From an uncultured Planctomycetales bacterium (GTDB lineage: Bacteria; Omnitrophota; Gorgyraeia; Zapsychrales; Fredricksoniimonadaceae): a stretch of DNA of 64,000 nt. Of the stretch, positions 55,527-64,000 are shown in pieces. The first letter of the stretch is position 1; each line of letters opens with the position of its first letter. The stretch is from positions 99,552 through 163,551 of the forward strand of contig CAZOXU010000001.1 in assembly GCA_964583975.1 (NCBI GenBank). The letters run 5' to 3'. The translations under genes were made by a program, and so were the position numbers. Under the pieces are notes generated by a model. The model was not told the origin of the DNA. It searched no databases and was given only the letters and a program-made list of their open reading frames with translations.

Positions 55527-56548
55527 GTAATCGCAGTATCTTCTTCAATATCCACCTTGGATATTTTACCAATCACCTGATCTATAAACTTAGGCTTTAT
55601 CCCATATCCCGGTCTTTTAATTGTTAGCTTATCGGCCGTGATAACACTTCCCTTGGCAATATTGGCAGCTGCATGAATGCTGCGACGAGCCTTGGTAAAC
55701 ATTTCTTGTTCTTGCTTAGAAGGGCCATTTTTAACGCCATCGCCTAAGGCTGCCTCGACATCACGAATATATTCCACCATCTGCTTTAATTCATGCGGCT
55801 CGATGGCAAAAGGATGATCAGGTCCTTTTAATTTACGACTGATCGTAAAATGCTTTTCAATGACCTTGGCGCCCATGGCCACCGCAGCTGGTGCAATATG
55901 GACTCCTGGTGTATGATCGGATAAGCCTATCTCAACTTGAAATGCCTTTCGTAAAGTAGCCATGCTGTTTAAATTCATAATGGATGCTGGCGAAGGATAC
56001 ATCGAGGCGCACTGTAAAAGGATCAAATCTTTGTTTCGGGTTTTTTGCACAGCCTCAAAAGCATCCTGAATCTCTTCCATATTGCATAAACCTGTTGATA
56101 GGATGACTGGCTTTCCTTTGGCTGCCGCATAGGTAATCAGCGGCAGATCAACAATTTCAAAAGAAGCTAATTTAAAAAGAGGCAAACCTAATCGGTTAGC
56201 CAAATCTATATCTTCCTTCGATGTGACTGAACAAAAGAAAATAATACCAACCTTCTTGGCATAATCTCTTAGTTGCTCGACCCATTCTAAAGGAAGTTCA
56301 ATCTCTTTAAGCAAATCGACAATATTCTTCGTTATCCCTTGTTTGGCTAGGTATTCAAAAGGCGGTGTTTTACGTGAATAATGTTTTTCACCTGTAAACA
56401 ATTGAAATTTGACCGCATCCGCACCTGCGTCTTTAGCTGCATCGATGAGCTGACAGGCTAATTTGAAATCACGATTATGATTACTGCCTGCCTCGGCAAT
56501 AATAAAACAAGGATATTGGCCCCCTACATTCTTACCAGCAATCTTCAT
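55511..56548 (-). CDS. Nonulosonic acid synthase (NeuB/PseI/LegI family)
   Basis: 'CFIIAEAGSNHNRDFKLACQLIDAAKDAGADAVKFQ' plus a C-terminal SAF domain 'ITADKLTIKRPGYGIKP'. Confidence 0.85.
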   Translation of the reverse strand: MKIAGKNVGGQYPCFIIAEAGSNHNRDFKLACQLIDAAKDAGADAVKFQLFTGEKHYSRKTPPFEYLAKQGITKNIVDLLKEIELPLEWVEQLRDYAKKVGIIFFCSVTSKEDIDLANRLGLPLFKLASFEIVDLPLITYAAAKGKPVILSTGLCNMEEIQDAFEAVQKTRNKDLILLQCASMYPSPASIMNLNSMATLRKAFQVEIGLSDHTPGVHIAPAAVAMGAKVIEKHFTISRKLKGPDHPFAIEPHELKQMVEYIRDVEAALGDGVKNGPSKQEQEMFTKARRSIHAAANIAKGSVITADKLTIKRPGYGIKPKFIDQVIGKISKVDIEEDTAITWENI

Positions 56549-57588
56549 ATGGCTTCTCCTATCAAAACATCTAACATCTCATGGATCTTGGGACGCTTCA
56601 CACATTCATGCAATGACCGAGCCAGAGACTCTCTTAATGGAACATCATTAAATATCTTCTTAAGAGCAGTGGCCCAATCTTCTACAGATCTCTCATTAAA
56701 CCAGCCTAAGGAAACAATAGCCCCAATTTTATCAAGCTCTTCGATAATGCGTTGCTGATTATCAATCAAAATAATCCCAGCCAAAGGGGTTGATAGATGT
56801 GCATATTCCCAAACTGTACTGCCGCCTGCGCTAATGGCCACATCGGCCCATTGCATAAGTTCGGGCATCTGACGATGCACATTCTTGATAAGCTCCATAT
56901 CCAAAGAAGTCTTCTGTATAAAATCTCTGAGCGAAGCTTCATTTTTATTTAAATGACCAAAAACGATCTTTACCTTAAGCTTAGGATCCTTCAAAGAATC
57001 CAAGGCCTGCAAAACTTTTAAGGTCACATTATTAGGATCCACACCCCCTAAGGTAACCAAAACATGCTTAACCTCTGGGTTTATGACCCTACGAAAGCTT
57101 TTGGCTGCATCTAAGAAATCTCGACGGACTAAGGCATGTTCGGAACCTAAAAAGAAACGGGTATATTCTTCAGCTGTATACGCCTCGCGCTTAGCTCCAA
57201 AATTTTGATTCAAAACCATATCAGCCACATAATGACAAGAAGCCATATCATCAATACACAAAACTTTTAAACCAGCTTGCTTTAATGAGCGTTGATATTC
57301 TACTCCAAACAAATATCCGTCTAAAATCACCCATGTGGCTCGATATTGCTTAGCTAATTCAACCGTTTGCCGAGCATCTAGCATTGAGCCACGCTCGACA
57401 TTGGAGTGGATCGCTACTAATGCAAATCCTTCTTCTTCAATGCGACGTAGAAAATCTCGGTTATAGGCAATCGAATGAAAATAAGAAGTGACACCTTTTT
57501 GTTGCAATATTTGGGCTAAGGCAATACATCTAATGACATGCCCAATACCAATATGTTCTGCTGCATCTGTACGAATAATAACGTTCAT
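56545..57588 (-). CDS. PseG-like UDP-sugar hydrolase (UDP-2,4-diacetamido-2,4,6-trideoxy-hexose hydrolase family)
   Basis: 'MNVIIRTDAAEHIGIGHVIRCIALAQ' matches the PseG N-terminal signature. Confidence 0.7.
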   Translation of the reverse strand: MNVIIRTDAAEHIGIGHVIRCIALAQILQQKGVTSYFHSIAYNRDFLRRIEEEGFALVAIHSNVERGSMLDARQTVELAKQYRATWVILDGYLFGVEYQRSLKQAGLKVLCIDDMASCHYVADMVLNQNFGAKREAYTAEEYTRFFLGSEHALVRRDFLDAAKSFRRVINPEVKHVLVTLGGVDPNNVTLKVLQALDSLKDPKLKVKIVFGHLNKNEASLRDFIQKTSLDMELIKNVHRQMPELMQWADVAISAGGSTVWEYAHLSTPLAGIILIDNQQRIIEELDKIGAIVSLGWFNERSVEDWATALKKIFNDVPLRESLARSLHECVKRPKIHEMLDVLIGEAI

Positions 57589-59630
57589 AAGCTTGTATTG
57601 ATCGCCAATATTTTATCCTTGCCCCACATTTTAGCGTATCGCTCAGCTACATCAGCTAATACGATATCTCGATCTAGATTGGCTTTAAGTCCATCTCTAA
57701 CCCATTCTAAATATGTACCCATACGCTCGGCAGCTCTTCCATCTCTAAAAGGATCGATATCCTCGATCATGGCTGACCAATCCCCAAATCCAGGCCCACC
57801 AGACTTCCAATGGTCCTGGCAAGCTTGCCAAAGATCATTCCAATTTCTAAAAACAACACGACCTTCACCTAATTCATAGATAGGGCTCTTAGAACAGCCT
57901 TCTCGATCTAACATCAAGGTTGGCACGCCAGCTAAAGCAGATTCAACGCCGGCGGTAGCTCCAAAAAGATGTCCATGAATAGCAATATCCGAAGCCAAGG
58001 CGGCGATGGCTGGCGTATGCGAGCCAAAATGAAACTCACCCTCAGTAAATATATAGCATCGGCCGCTCGCTTGAGCGCGATCTAAAAGATCAGTAACGGG
58101 GCCTAATCTTCGGCGCAAGGTTGAACTGACCTTGGGCTTAAGTACCAGGCCAAGCGAAGGCGTATCTAAAACCTTCTTAAGTAAGAATTCATAATTCTCC
58201 TGGGTTATATTATGCCCTTCGACCCATCGCGGATCATCCGCCGTATTCTCATCAAAATAAGCCAGAATGCGATTAGCACCATGACTCATTAACTGCTCGC
58301 GGATCTGCAATGCTTCTTTTTTAACTAAAGGGAAACGGTAATCTCCCAAATAACCTGTGACCACATAATAAGGAATCAGAGAATCCTTGTCTTTCCCCAG
58401 ATGCGCGCCGAGCTTAGAAAAACCAAAAAATAAATCAGCCTTGGTGACCATCCATGGATTTGTATCACTTTCAAAAGACCTTTGATACATGGCGGATACT
58501 CCCCCAAGATCCTGCAAGGCATCAGCCATTGGAAAATATCTGGTTTCACTACGATACCAAGTGACATGCATCTTAATATTGTGTTTAGAAAAAAACTGAT
58601 ACCAATAATCTTTCTGTCTATAATATTCCACGATTTGGGTATTCAAATCTCGGCTGATATCATCCTGGTCTTTGGTATGAATAACAAAAACTTCTTCATG
58701 ATTGATTTTGCCATTGTAATGAAACAACGGAACCCGCGAAGAACTTGTAGCCCTGGGATTAAGAACTACGGCTGACATTCCATGGGTCTTGATTTCCGCC
58801 CATTTCTCATCAGAAAGCGGAAGTGGTGGATGCTGAAAATAAACTAAAACGTTCTTATTTAAGCTGTTATTAGTTTGGCAAAAAAATAAATCTGAATTCA
58901 GTTGGGGATAATCCAAATTAAGATGCCCGTAGAATTCCACAGCTATCTTAAGTGAATCGTTACTGGCCTCTTGCTGATCGCCCTGTGCCATTTTAGAAAT
59001 ATTCTGTTTAATTCCCACTGCTACAAACACGGCCTGCTTAAGAAAGTCTTTAATAAAATCCAATCGCATCATGATCTCTTTCCTACTAAAACGATGTCCG
59101 CCACGCATAGGAATAATATGCACATGGCGCGTAGCAGCCCATTTGGAAAGTTCAGACAGCCAAGGTCGCTTATAAGAATAAAGAAAGAAATTAATGGTTT
59201 GGGGTTCTTTGTGTTCTAAGCGAGCCACACGAAAGAGCATTAGAATACGCATCAATGTCACAGGGCTTGAATTAAAATATAAAATACGGCGCATGAGAAA
59301 TAACTTTAAGTGCTCTTGGGCTTCATGACTTTTGAAAATCTCCTGTAAAGCCGAATACTGTGACATATACTTCTGCACCTCGGCTAGATCCTCAAACATC
59401 ATGATCCACCAAAGAAAGTCACCCTTTTCATCCTTGGCATCAAAGAAAGTAAATTCTAAACGCTTAATCTCAATCTTAAAATTTTTAGCCATGGCCTGGG
59501 CCAACCACAGCCCTGGTCCGGAAGCATCCACATAATAGACAAGCGCGGATTCCGCTTTATGTTGGCGCTTAATTTCAGGAACAATAGATACGATCCACGA
59601 AAAAACTGTTAATTTCTCTACATAATACAC
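57585..59630 (-). CDS. Large hypothetical protein (681 aa), possibly a transferase
   Basis: No sharp motif. C-terminal 'HGHLFGATAGVESALAGVPTLMLDREG'. Co-directional with a 4-nt overlap. Confidence 0.45.
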   Translation of the reverse strand: MYYVEKLTVFSWIVSIVPEIKRQHKAESALVYYVDASGPGLWLAQAMAKNFKIEIKRLEFTFFDAKDEKGDFLWWIMMFEDLAEVQKYMSQYSALQEIFKSHEAQEHLKLFLMRRILYFNSSPVTLMRILMLFRVARLEHKEPQTINFFLYSYKRPWLSELSKWAATRHVHIIPMRGGHRFSRKEIMMRLDFIKDFLKQAVFVAVGIKQNISKMAQGDQQEASNDSLKIAVEFYGHLNLDYPQLNSDLFFCQTNNSLNKNVLVYFQHPPLPLSDEKWAEIKTHGMSAVVLNPRATSSSRVPLFHYNGKINHEEVFVIHTKDQDDISRDLNTQIVEYYRQKDYWYQFFSKHNIKMHVTWYRSETRYFPMADALQDLGGVSAMYQRSFESDTNPWMVTKADLFFGFSKLGAHLGKDKDSLIPYYVVTGYLGDYRFPLVKKEALQIREQLMSHGANRILAYFDENTADDPRWVEGHNITQENYEFLLKKVLDTPSLGLVLKPKVSSTLRRRLGPVTDLLDRAQASGRCYIFTEGEFHFGSHTPAIAALASDIAIHGHLFGATAGVESALAGVPTLMLDREGCSKSPIYELGEGRVVFRNWNDLWQACQDHWKSGGPGFGDWSAMIEDIDPFRDGRAAERMGTYLEWVRDGLKANLDRDIVLADVAERYAKMWGKDKILAINTSL

Positions 59631-59644
59631 TTTTCCATCACCTA

Positions 59645-61642
59645 TTAAATTAAAGCAGGCTTGCCTTCATCCTTTTTAGCCTTGCTCATTTTTATACCTT
59701 CTAAAGCTAATTTGTACTTCCCTAGAAATGTCGAATCATAAGCGAATTGGGGCGCATACTGTTCATGAATATTCACAATTTCAATAACCGTATTGGCCAA
59801 ACTCTTTAATTGAGAATGATACTTCGCCCCCATTTTTGAATCGAGCCAGTCAGCAATGCTTAAAGCTTCCGCAGCAAATTCCAAAGTTATACGATCGTAT
59901 CTCATGGAATAACGTGAATGTGATCCAAAACGCAATGTTTCTCGAAAATACCAGAAGATGGTCGTGATCAGACGTTCATGACATTGCGGTCCCTGGGCCA
60001 AATGTTCATGAAGAGATCGCTCTACATTGCTGATGATTCTTCGAATCCACTGATCATCTTCGCTCGCCTTTAAAACCGGCTGAGCCTCGTTGATTTCTTT
60101 AATTTGATCATGGTCAGGAAGAATAGATGACAGGACTTGGGAACTATGCAATAGCGCCAGCGAGGCAGGAAACAATCGCTCATATTGAGAGTCTTGCTCG
60201 ATCGCTTTTAAATATGGAATCATTTGTCTAACTAAGAAGTATTCTGGAAAACGTCCTATATCAAAAGAGAACCGTGGAGGAAAACGGCAAATATCAATGC
60301 TTTGAGTAAAGCACGGATGCTTGCGGTGATATTCAATCGCCCTTTGCATCTCAGTTGAAATAAAAGCCAACGAATGATCGGTAAACTGACCATTAGTTTG
60401 GAAATCCTCTTTGAGCCTAACTACGTCATTTTCAATTTGCGCTTCAGAGTATGGCGCATAGGTTTTATAGTAGTCATGGAATCGACTTGTATTGCCTAAA
60501 GCTAATTCCAAATTTAAAAGATCATTGTTAATAGTAGCTCGGGATTGTCCATTAAGCAGATTCAATTTCTTTAAAATGGCTGCTACACGATCTTGCATGA
60601 GCCTCTGTCCTACAGGCAAAAGATGACAATGATCGATAAACAAGTTATCATCTAGGTCTGCCATAGAAACAACGTTAACGTTCTGAGCGAACTCATGGGC
60701 AATCTGGTCCATTTGAGTCAGATAACTATTTTTGACACGATACATAGATGTATCAATCTCATAGGCTTTGTGCAAATAGCTCTTAAAGCCTTCTTGATCA
60801 GCTTGCTTTAAAAGTAACATGGCATAATTAAATAAAAAGATCTCCTGACGAGCGTTCCACTCTTTAAGTAACATCCCAAATACAACTTCGGCTTCTACAA
60901 ATTTTCCTAACTGAGCGCAGGCCAGCGCATAGTTATGCGCGACTAACAATGGGTATTCCATAGAGCTTTTGCCCGAGGTTTCTAAAATCTTTTTATATAG
61001 CTTTCGACTGACCTCAAAATCACCATCTTCATAGGATTGATAAGCCTTTAAGAAATTAGGATCAGGATGTGTTAAAAGACTGGCAAATTTAGTTGTCAGG
61101 TTTAAATAATGATAGTAGATAAAATTCCCTTTTCCGATACCTGCTGGAAAAAGTTCATGTGCCTTTGGACGGATCAAAATGACAGGGATATTACGTTGTT
61201 GGCAGGTAGAGACAATGCGACGCAGATTGTATTTAAAATCCTCAGGCGATTCAGGCTGCTCTAGAGATGGATTGTACGAATGCTCATTCCATTCATAGCG
61301 TAAGATTTTATTATATAAAGAACTTTTAGGAGTCTTGATGTTCAAAGCCTCACGGCATTGTTGAGATAACTGACGAAAAGGTGTAAATCTCGCTCTTTTT
61401 AATTCACTGGCATTGGCATCGCAATTACCCAAATAAATAATGATTGCTGCGATATCTTGGACGGATGCTTTACGAAAGAAATAGGCAGCTGCATCAGCAG
61501 CCGTGATCCCTGGTTGAGATATATTGATAAACTGGCAGCCACTGGGCCACACAGCTTGATCAGCCAAAAGAAAAGGATACGATCGTCTTTCTAAACCAAT
61601 CGTCATGCTAGTTGAATCACCTAGGATAAGAATATTCTTCAT
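59645..61642 (-). CDS. SGNH/GDSL-type hydrolase with an inserted TPR-like helical region and a C-terminal domain of unknown function
   Basis: Block I 'ILILGDSTS', block III 'YLGNCDA', block V 'DHCHLLP' at about residue 340. A helical-repeat insert lies between blocks III and V. The last ~300 aa are unassigned. Confidence 0.55.
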   Translation of the reverse strand: MKNILILGDSTSMTIGLERRSYPFLLADQAVWPSGCQFINISQPGITAADAAAYFFRKASVQDIAAIIIYLGNCDANASELKRARFTPFRQLSQQCREALNIKTPKSSLYNKILRYEWNEHSYNPSLEQPESPEDFKYNLRRIVSTCQQRNIPVILIRPKAHELFPAGIGKGNFIYYHYLNLTTKFASLLTHPDPNFLKAYQSYEDGDFEVSRKLYKKILETSGKSSMEYPLLVAHNYALACAQLGKFVEAEVVFGMLLKEWNARQEIFLFNYAMLLLKQADQEGFKSYLHKAYEIDTSMYRVKNSYLTQMDQIAHEFAQNVNVVSMADLDDNLFIDHCHLLPVGQRLMQDRVAAILKKLNLLNGQSRATINNDLLNLELALGNTSRFHDYYKTYAPYSEAQIENDVVRLKEDFQTNGQFTDHSLAFISTEMQRAIEYHRKHPCFTQSIDICRFPPRFSFDIGRFPEYFLVRQMIPYLKAIEQDSQYERLFPASLALLHSSQVLSSILPDHDQIKEINEAQPVLKASEDDQWIRRIISNVERSLHEHLAQGPQCHERLITTIFWYFRETLRFGSHSRYSMRYDRITLEFAAEALSIADWLDSKMGAKYHSQLKSLANTVIEIVNIHEQYAPQFAYDSTFLGKYKLALEGIKMSKAKKDEGKPALI

Positions 61643-61644
61643 AA

Positions 61645-61836
61645 TTAGAATAAAGGATACACGTCATCCCCCGAGGCACTAAGAGATGTTGAACTATTGT
61701 CCTTATTAGTTTTGGCCAAATCGCGCATCAAAAATGGCATAAAAATGATACCTTGGATCATATATTTAAGACGTTCATTAAAAGTTTTCTTACGAGCGGC
61801 CATTTTCATAACATTACTCAATAGATTAGATTTCAT
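61645..61836 (-). CDS. Small hypothetical protein (63 aa)
   Basis: The ATG at 61834-61836 overlaps the upstream stop as ATGA. The stop is 3 nt before the next gene's ATG. No motif. Confidence 0.3.
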   Translation of the reverse strand: MKSNLLSNVMKMAARKKTFNERLKYMIQGIIFMPFLMRDLAKTNKDNSSTSLSASGDDVYPLF

Positions 61837-62813
61837 AACCACTGCCTCTTCTTAAGTTCTACCGTCAGGCATTCAGCCACCTTTTGGTGGCCATGACTGT
61901 TGAGATGACCATCAGATACAATCACTGGTTTGCCATTCTTTTGTTCACTGATAAGTTCTTGAGATAAATTCACGTAAGGAACCTGATATTTTTCTAAAAC
62001 AGCAACCAACTTCTTAGAAGGCAAATCGTAATCAACTAACTCACTAGCATTCTTAGGATAAAAATGCTGTAGATGTGCCGTTAAGAAAATGAGCAACTTG
62101 ATGTTATGCTCATCACAATAATTCTTGATTCGCTGGGCAATCTTTCCATATAGTTCATAGGCATATTCGTAATATTGGCTTTTCCATAAAACAAATACGG
62201 GATCCAAGGCTGGATCATAATTTTCTTTAATATTGATATTACCGCACATCTCAACAAATTCTTTTTTATACGAACGGTAGGTCCCCACAATGTTGCGGTA
62301 CACTTTAAAACGCGCCAAGGCTGGTACAGGCACAAATTTTAATTCGCCATCAGGAAGCAAATAATAATAAGGTTTAAGATACCCGTTAACATAAGAATTT
62401 AAAACGCGATGAAAAGCCCACGGGTATTGTTCAATGACAATCCCCTCAGGTTTATAGATACTGCTTCGCTTTTCAATATCTAAGGCTATTTGATCAAAAC
62501 CAAGGCTGGCGTGACCGACGTTTAAAAATCTCTCTTTCGTTAATTGCGTTAATTTGTCGCTATAACGCTCATCTTGCTCAACGTAAGCGCCCCAGGTATG
62601 AGAGCCGCCATAACATAAAAATCGTCGCTCATTTAAGTTGACATCGACTGATTTATCACGGTTTCCATAATCATTATGCACAACTACAGACGAATCACTA
62701 TCCCCGGCTGTAAACTTCACTCGTCGGTTAACATTGGCCATGCCCCAAAATCCAGTTAACGCATCATAGCGGTAAATGGAATGGGATGTTGGATCCGATT
62801 TTTGATTGCTCAT
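61833..62813 (-). CDS. SGNH-hydrolase-like protein (candidate glycan esterase or O-acyltransferase)
   Basis: Block I-like 'LCYGGSHTWG' and block V 'VIVSDGHLNSHGHQ'. Confidence 0.5.
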   Translation of the reverse strand: MSNQKSDPTSHSIYRYDALTGFWGMANVNRRVKFTAGDSDSSVVVHNDYGNRDKSVDVNLNERRFLCYGGSHTWGAYVEQDERYSDKLTQLTKERFLNVGHASLGFDQIALDIEKRSSIYKPEGIVIEQYPWAFHRVLNSYVNGYLKPYYYLLPDGELKFVPVPALARFKVYRNIVGTYRSYKKEFVEMCGNINIKENYDPALDPVFVLWKSQYYEYAYELYGKIAQRIKNYCDEHNIKLLIFLTAHLQHFYPKNASELVDYDLPSKKLVAVLEKYQVPYVNLSQELISEQKNGKPVIVSDGHLNSHGHQKVAECLTVELKKRQWL

Positions 62814-62960
62814 AAGAGAGATTATTTCTTAATTTCCCAAAGGGAGATTCGTCTTCTAGAAAAAGAGACGCTTAAGATTCTCTTTAAAAATCCCAAAGGG
62901 GTCAAAACTACAAAGAAAATAATGCCCAGGACAAAATCGATAGCTAATTTCTTTATCATA
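62814..62960 (-). promoter_or_regulatory. 147-bp intergenic region with a 10-bp direct repeat; candidate promoter or operator
   Basis: 'tcccaaaggg' occurs at 62835-62844 and again at 62891-62900. This is the longest non-coding gap in the window. Confidence 0.2.
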
Positions 62961-64000
62961 TTAATCTAACTCAAACTCTTTCTGCCATTCAACATGGTCT
63001 TCAAACTTCGGTTGTTGTTTTCTATATAGTAAAAAATTTCCCAAAACCAAAACATCCATGTTCGTACGCATAAAACATGTATAGGCCTGTTCGGGAGATT
63101 CGACAATGGGTTCGCCTCTAACGTTGAAAGATGTATTGATCAACATAGGGCATTGGGTTTTCTCATAAAAACTTTTTAATAACTGGTAGAACAAAGGGCT
63201 TTGCCGGGCTGATACAGTCTGAAGACGCGCTGAGTAATCCACATGCGTGATAGCAGGAACTTCTGAGCGAATGCTATTAAGCTTACTTAAACCTTGAAGC
63301 TTTGCCTCTTCAGCTGATAAGGCACGACAACGTTCTTTTTTGACATTCACTACGGTCAACATATAGGGACTTTTAGCATCGATCTCAAACCAGTCTCCCA
63401 CCTTCTCTTGCATAATTGCTGGAGCAAACGGACGAAAACTTTCGCGAAATTTAATTTTTAGGTTCATCGTCTTTTGCATTTGAGTCGAACGCGGATCCCC
63501 TAAGATCGATCGACCTCCCAAGGCACGTGGGCCAAACTCCATACGACCTGAGAACCAACCAACCACCATCTCTTTGGTTAGCAAATCGGCCACCCGATCG
63601 ACCAAGGCAGCATCGTCATATCGTTCATACACTGCACCTTCTTTTTTTAAATACGCTTCGATAGCAGCATTATCGTGCGAAGATCCCAAATAAGATCCTC
63701 TTTGCAAATCTTCACCATTCTTAGGGGGTAATTGTCCTTTAAAATAATGGCAATGGGCCATGTAGGCTGCACCTAACGAACCGCCTGAGTCACCCGAAGC
63801 TGGCTGGATCCAGATATCATCAAATATTTTGGATTTCAAAATCTTGCCGTTAATTACACAATTTAAAGCAACCCCTCCTGACAAACATAGATAGCGTTCC
63901 TGAGTCACTTGTCTTATATGCTTAACCATGCGCATGACAATTTCTTCCGAAACAACTTGGATCGATTTAGCTAAGTCCATGTCTCGCTGCGTTAATTTTG
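62961..64000 (-). CDS. Carbamoyltransferase, NodU/CmcH family (5'-truncated at the window edge)
   Basis: 'LCLSGGVALNCVINGKI...IWIQPASGDSGGSLGAAY' Kae1-like core. The reading frame stays open upstream of the ATG at 63980 to the end of the window. Confidence 0.8.
   Translation of the reverse strand, partial: KLTQRDMDLAKSIQVVSEEIVMRMVKHIRQVTQERYLCLSGGVALNCVINGKILKSKIFDDIWIQPASGDSGGSLGAAYMAHCHYFKGQLPPKNGEDLQRGSYLGSSHDNAAIEAYLKKEGAVYERYDDAALVDRVADLLTKEMVVGWFSGRMEFGPRALGGRSILGDPRSTQMQKTMNLKIKFRESFRPFAPAIMQEKVGDWFEIDAKSPYMLTVVNVKKERCRALSAEEAKLQGLSKLNSIRSEVPAITHVDYSARLQTVSARQSPLFYQLLKSFYEKTQCPMLINTSFNVRGEPIVESPEQAYTCFMRTNMDVLVLGNFLLYRKQQPKFEDHVEWQKEFELD

Noticed and set aside
62841-62880. Possible rho-independent terminator hairpin in the 62814..62960 spacer.
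   Set aside because: The dyad is imperfect and is not followed by a T-run on the coding (minus) strand, so I list it only as a weak regulatory candidate.
1-64000. Mobile elements, CRISPR arrays, tRNA/rRNA genes, toxin-antitoxin or phage-defence modules.
   Set aside because: There are no transposase, integrase or recombinase motifs. There are no direct-repeat/spacer arrays or tRNA-like structured segments, and no non-coding stretch is long enough. The window is wall-to-wall biosynthetic CDSs.

Overview
The whole 64 kb window is a single co-directional, AT-rich glycan-biosynthesis locus (GC estimated by eye at roughly 38-40%, not computed). I count about 59 protein-coding genes, all on the minus strand. 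Gaps between them are tiny, and many pairs show ATGA or 4-8 nt stop/start overlaps, which suggests translational coupling. I saw no rRNA, tRNA, CRISPR array, transposase or integrase. The locus resembles a giant LPS O-antigen, capsule or general-glycosylation cluster. Unidirectional loci of this size are known in spirochaete (Leptospira-type) rfb regions, but the taxon cannot be established from the sequence alone.

Modules I can recognise by motif:
- A dTDP-sugar set (RmlB, RmlA-like, RmlD-like).
- GT-C, GT2 and GT4 glycosyltransferases.
- A Wzy_C / O-antigen-ligase-like membrane protein.
- An MsbA/PglK-like ABC exporter.
- A nonulosonic-acid module: PseG-like, NeuB-family synthase, ATP-grasp, epimerase, LmbE deacetylase, sugar N-formyltransferase.
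- A heptose module: GmhA, an HldE-like protein with reversed domain order, epimerases, and a split transketolase.
- Three DegT-family aminotransferases, two of them tandem duplicates.
- At least nine SAM methyltransferases, including three of the FkbM type and two TylCIII-like.
- A B12-binding radical SAM enzyme.
- An HpcH/HpaI aldolase next to a KdsB-like cytidylyltransferase.
- A NodU/CmcH carbamoyltransferase, truncated at the window edge.
- Two SGNH-type hydrolases.

The most unusual content is a complete sulfate-activation and sulfotransfer system embedded in the locus. It comprises a pyruvate-kinase::ATP-sulfurylase fusion protein, a separate APS kinase, a CysQ/IMPase-family phosphatase, and a TPR-sulfotransferase fusion. 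Together these predict a sulfated glycan that is also heavily methylated, formylated and carbamoylated. Several large proteins with no recognisable motif sit among these genes, as do two paralogous proteins of unknown function.

All functional calls are motif-level readings of the translated ORFs. I ran no database searches.
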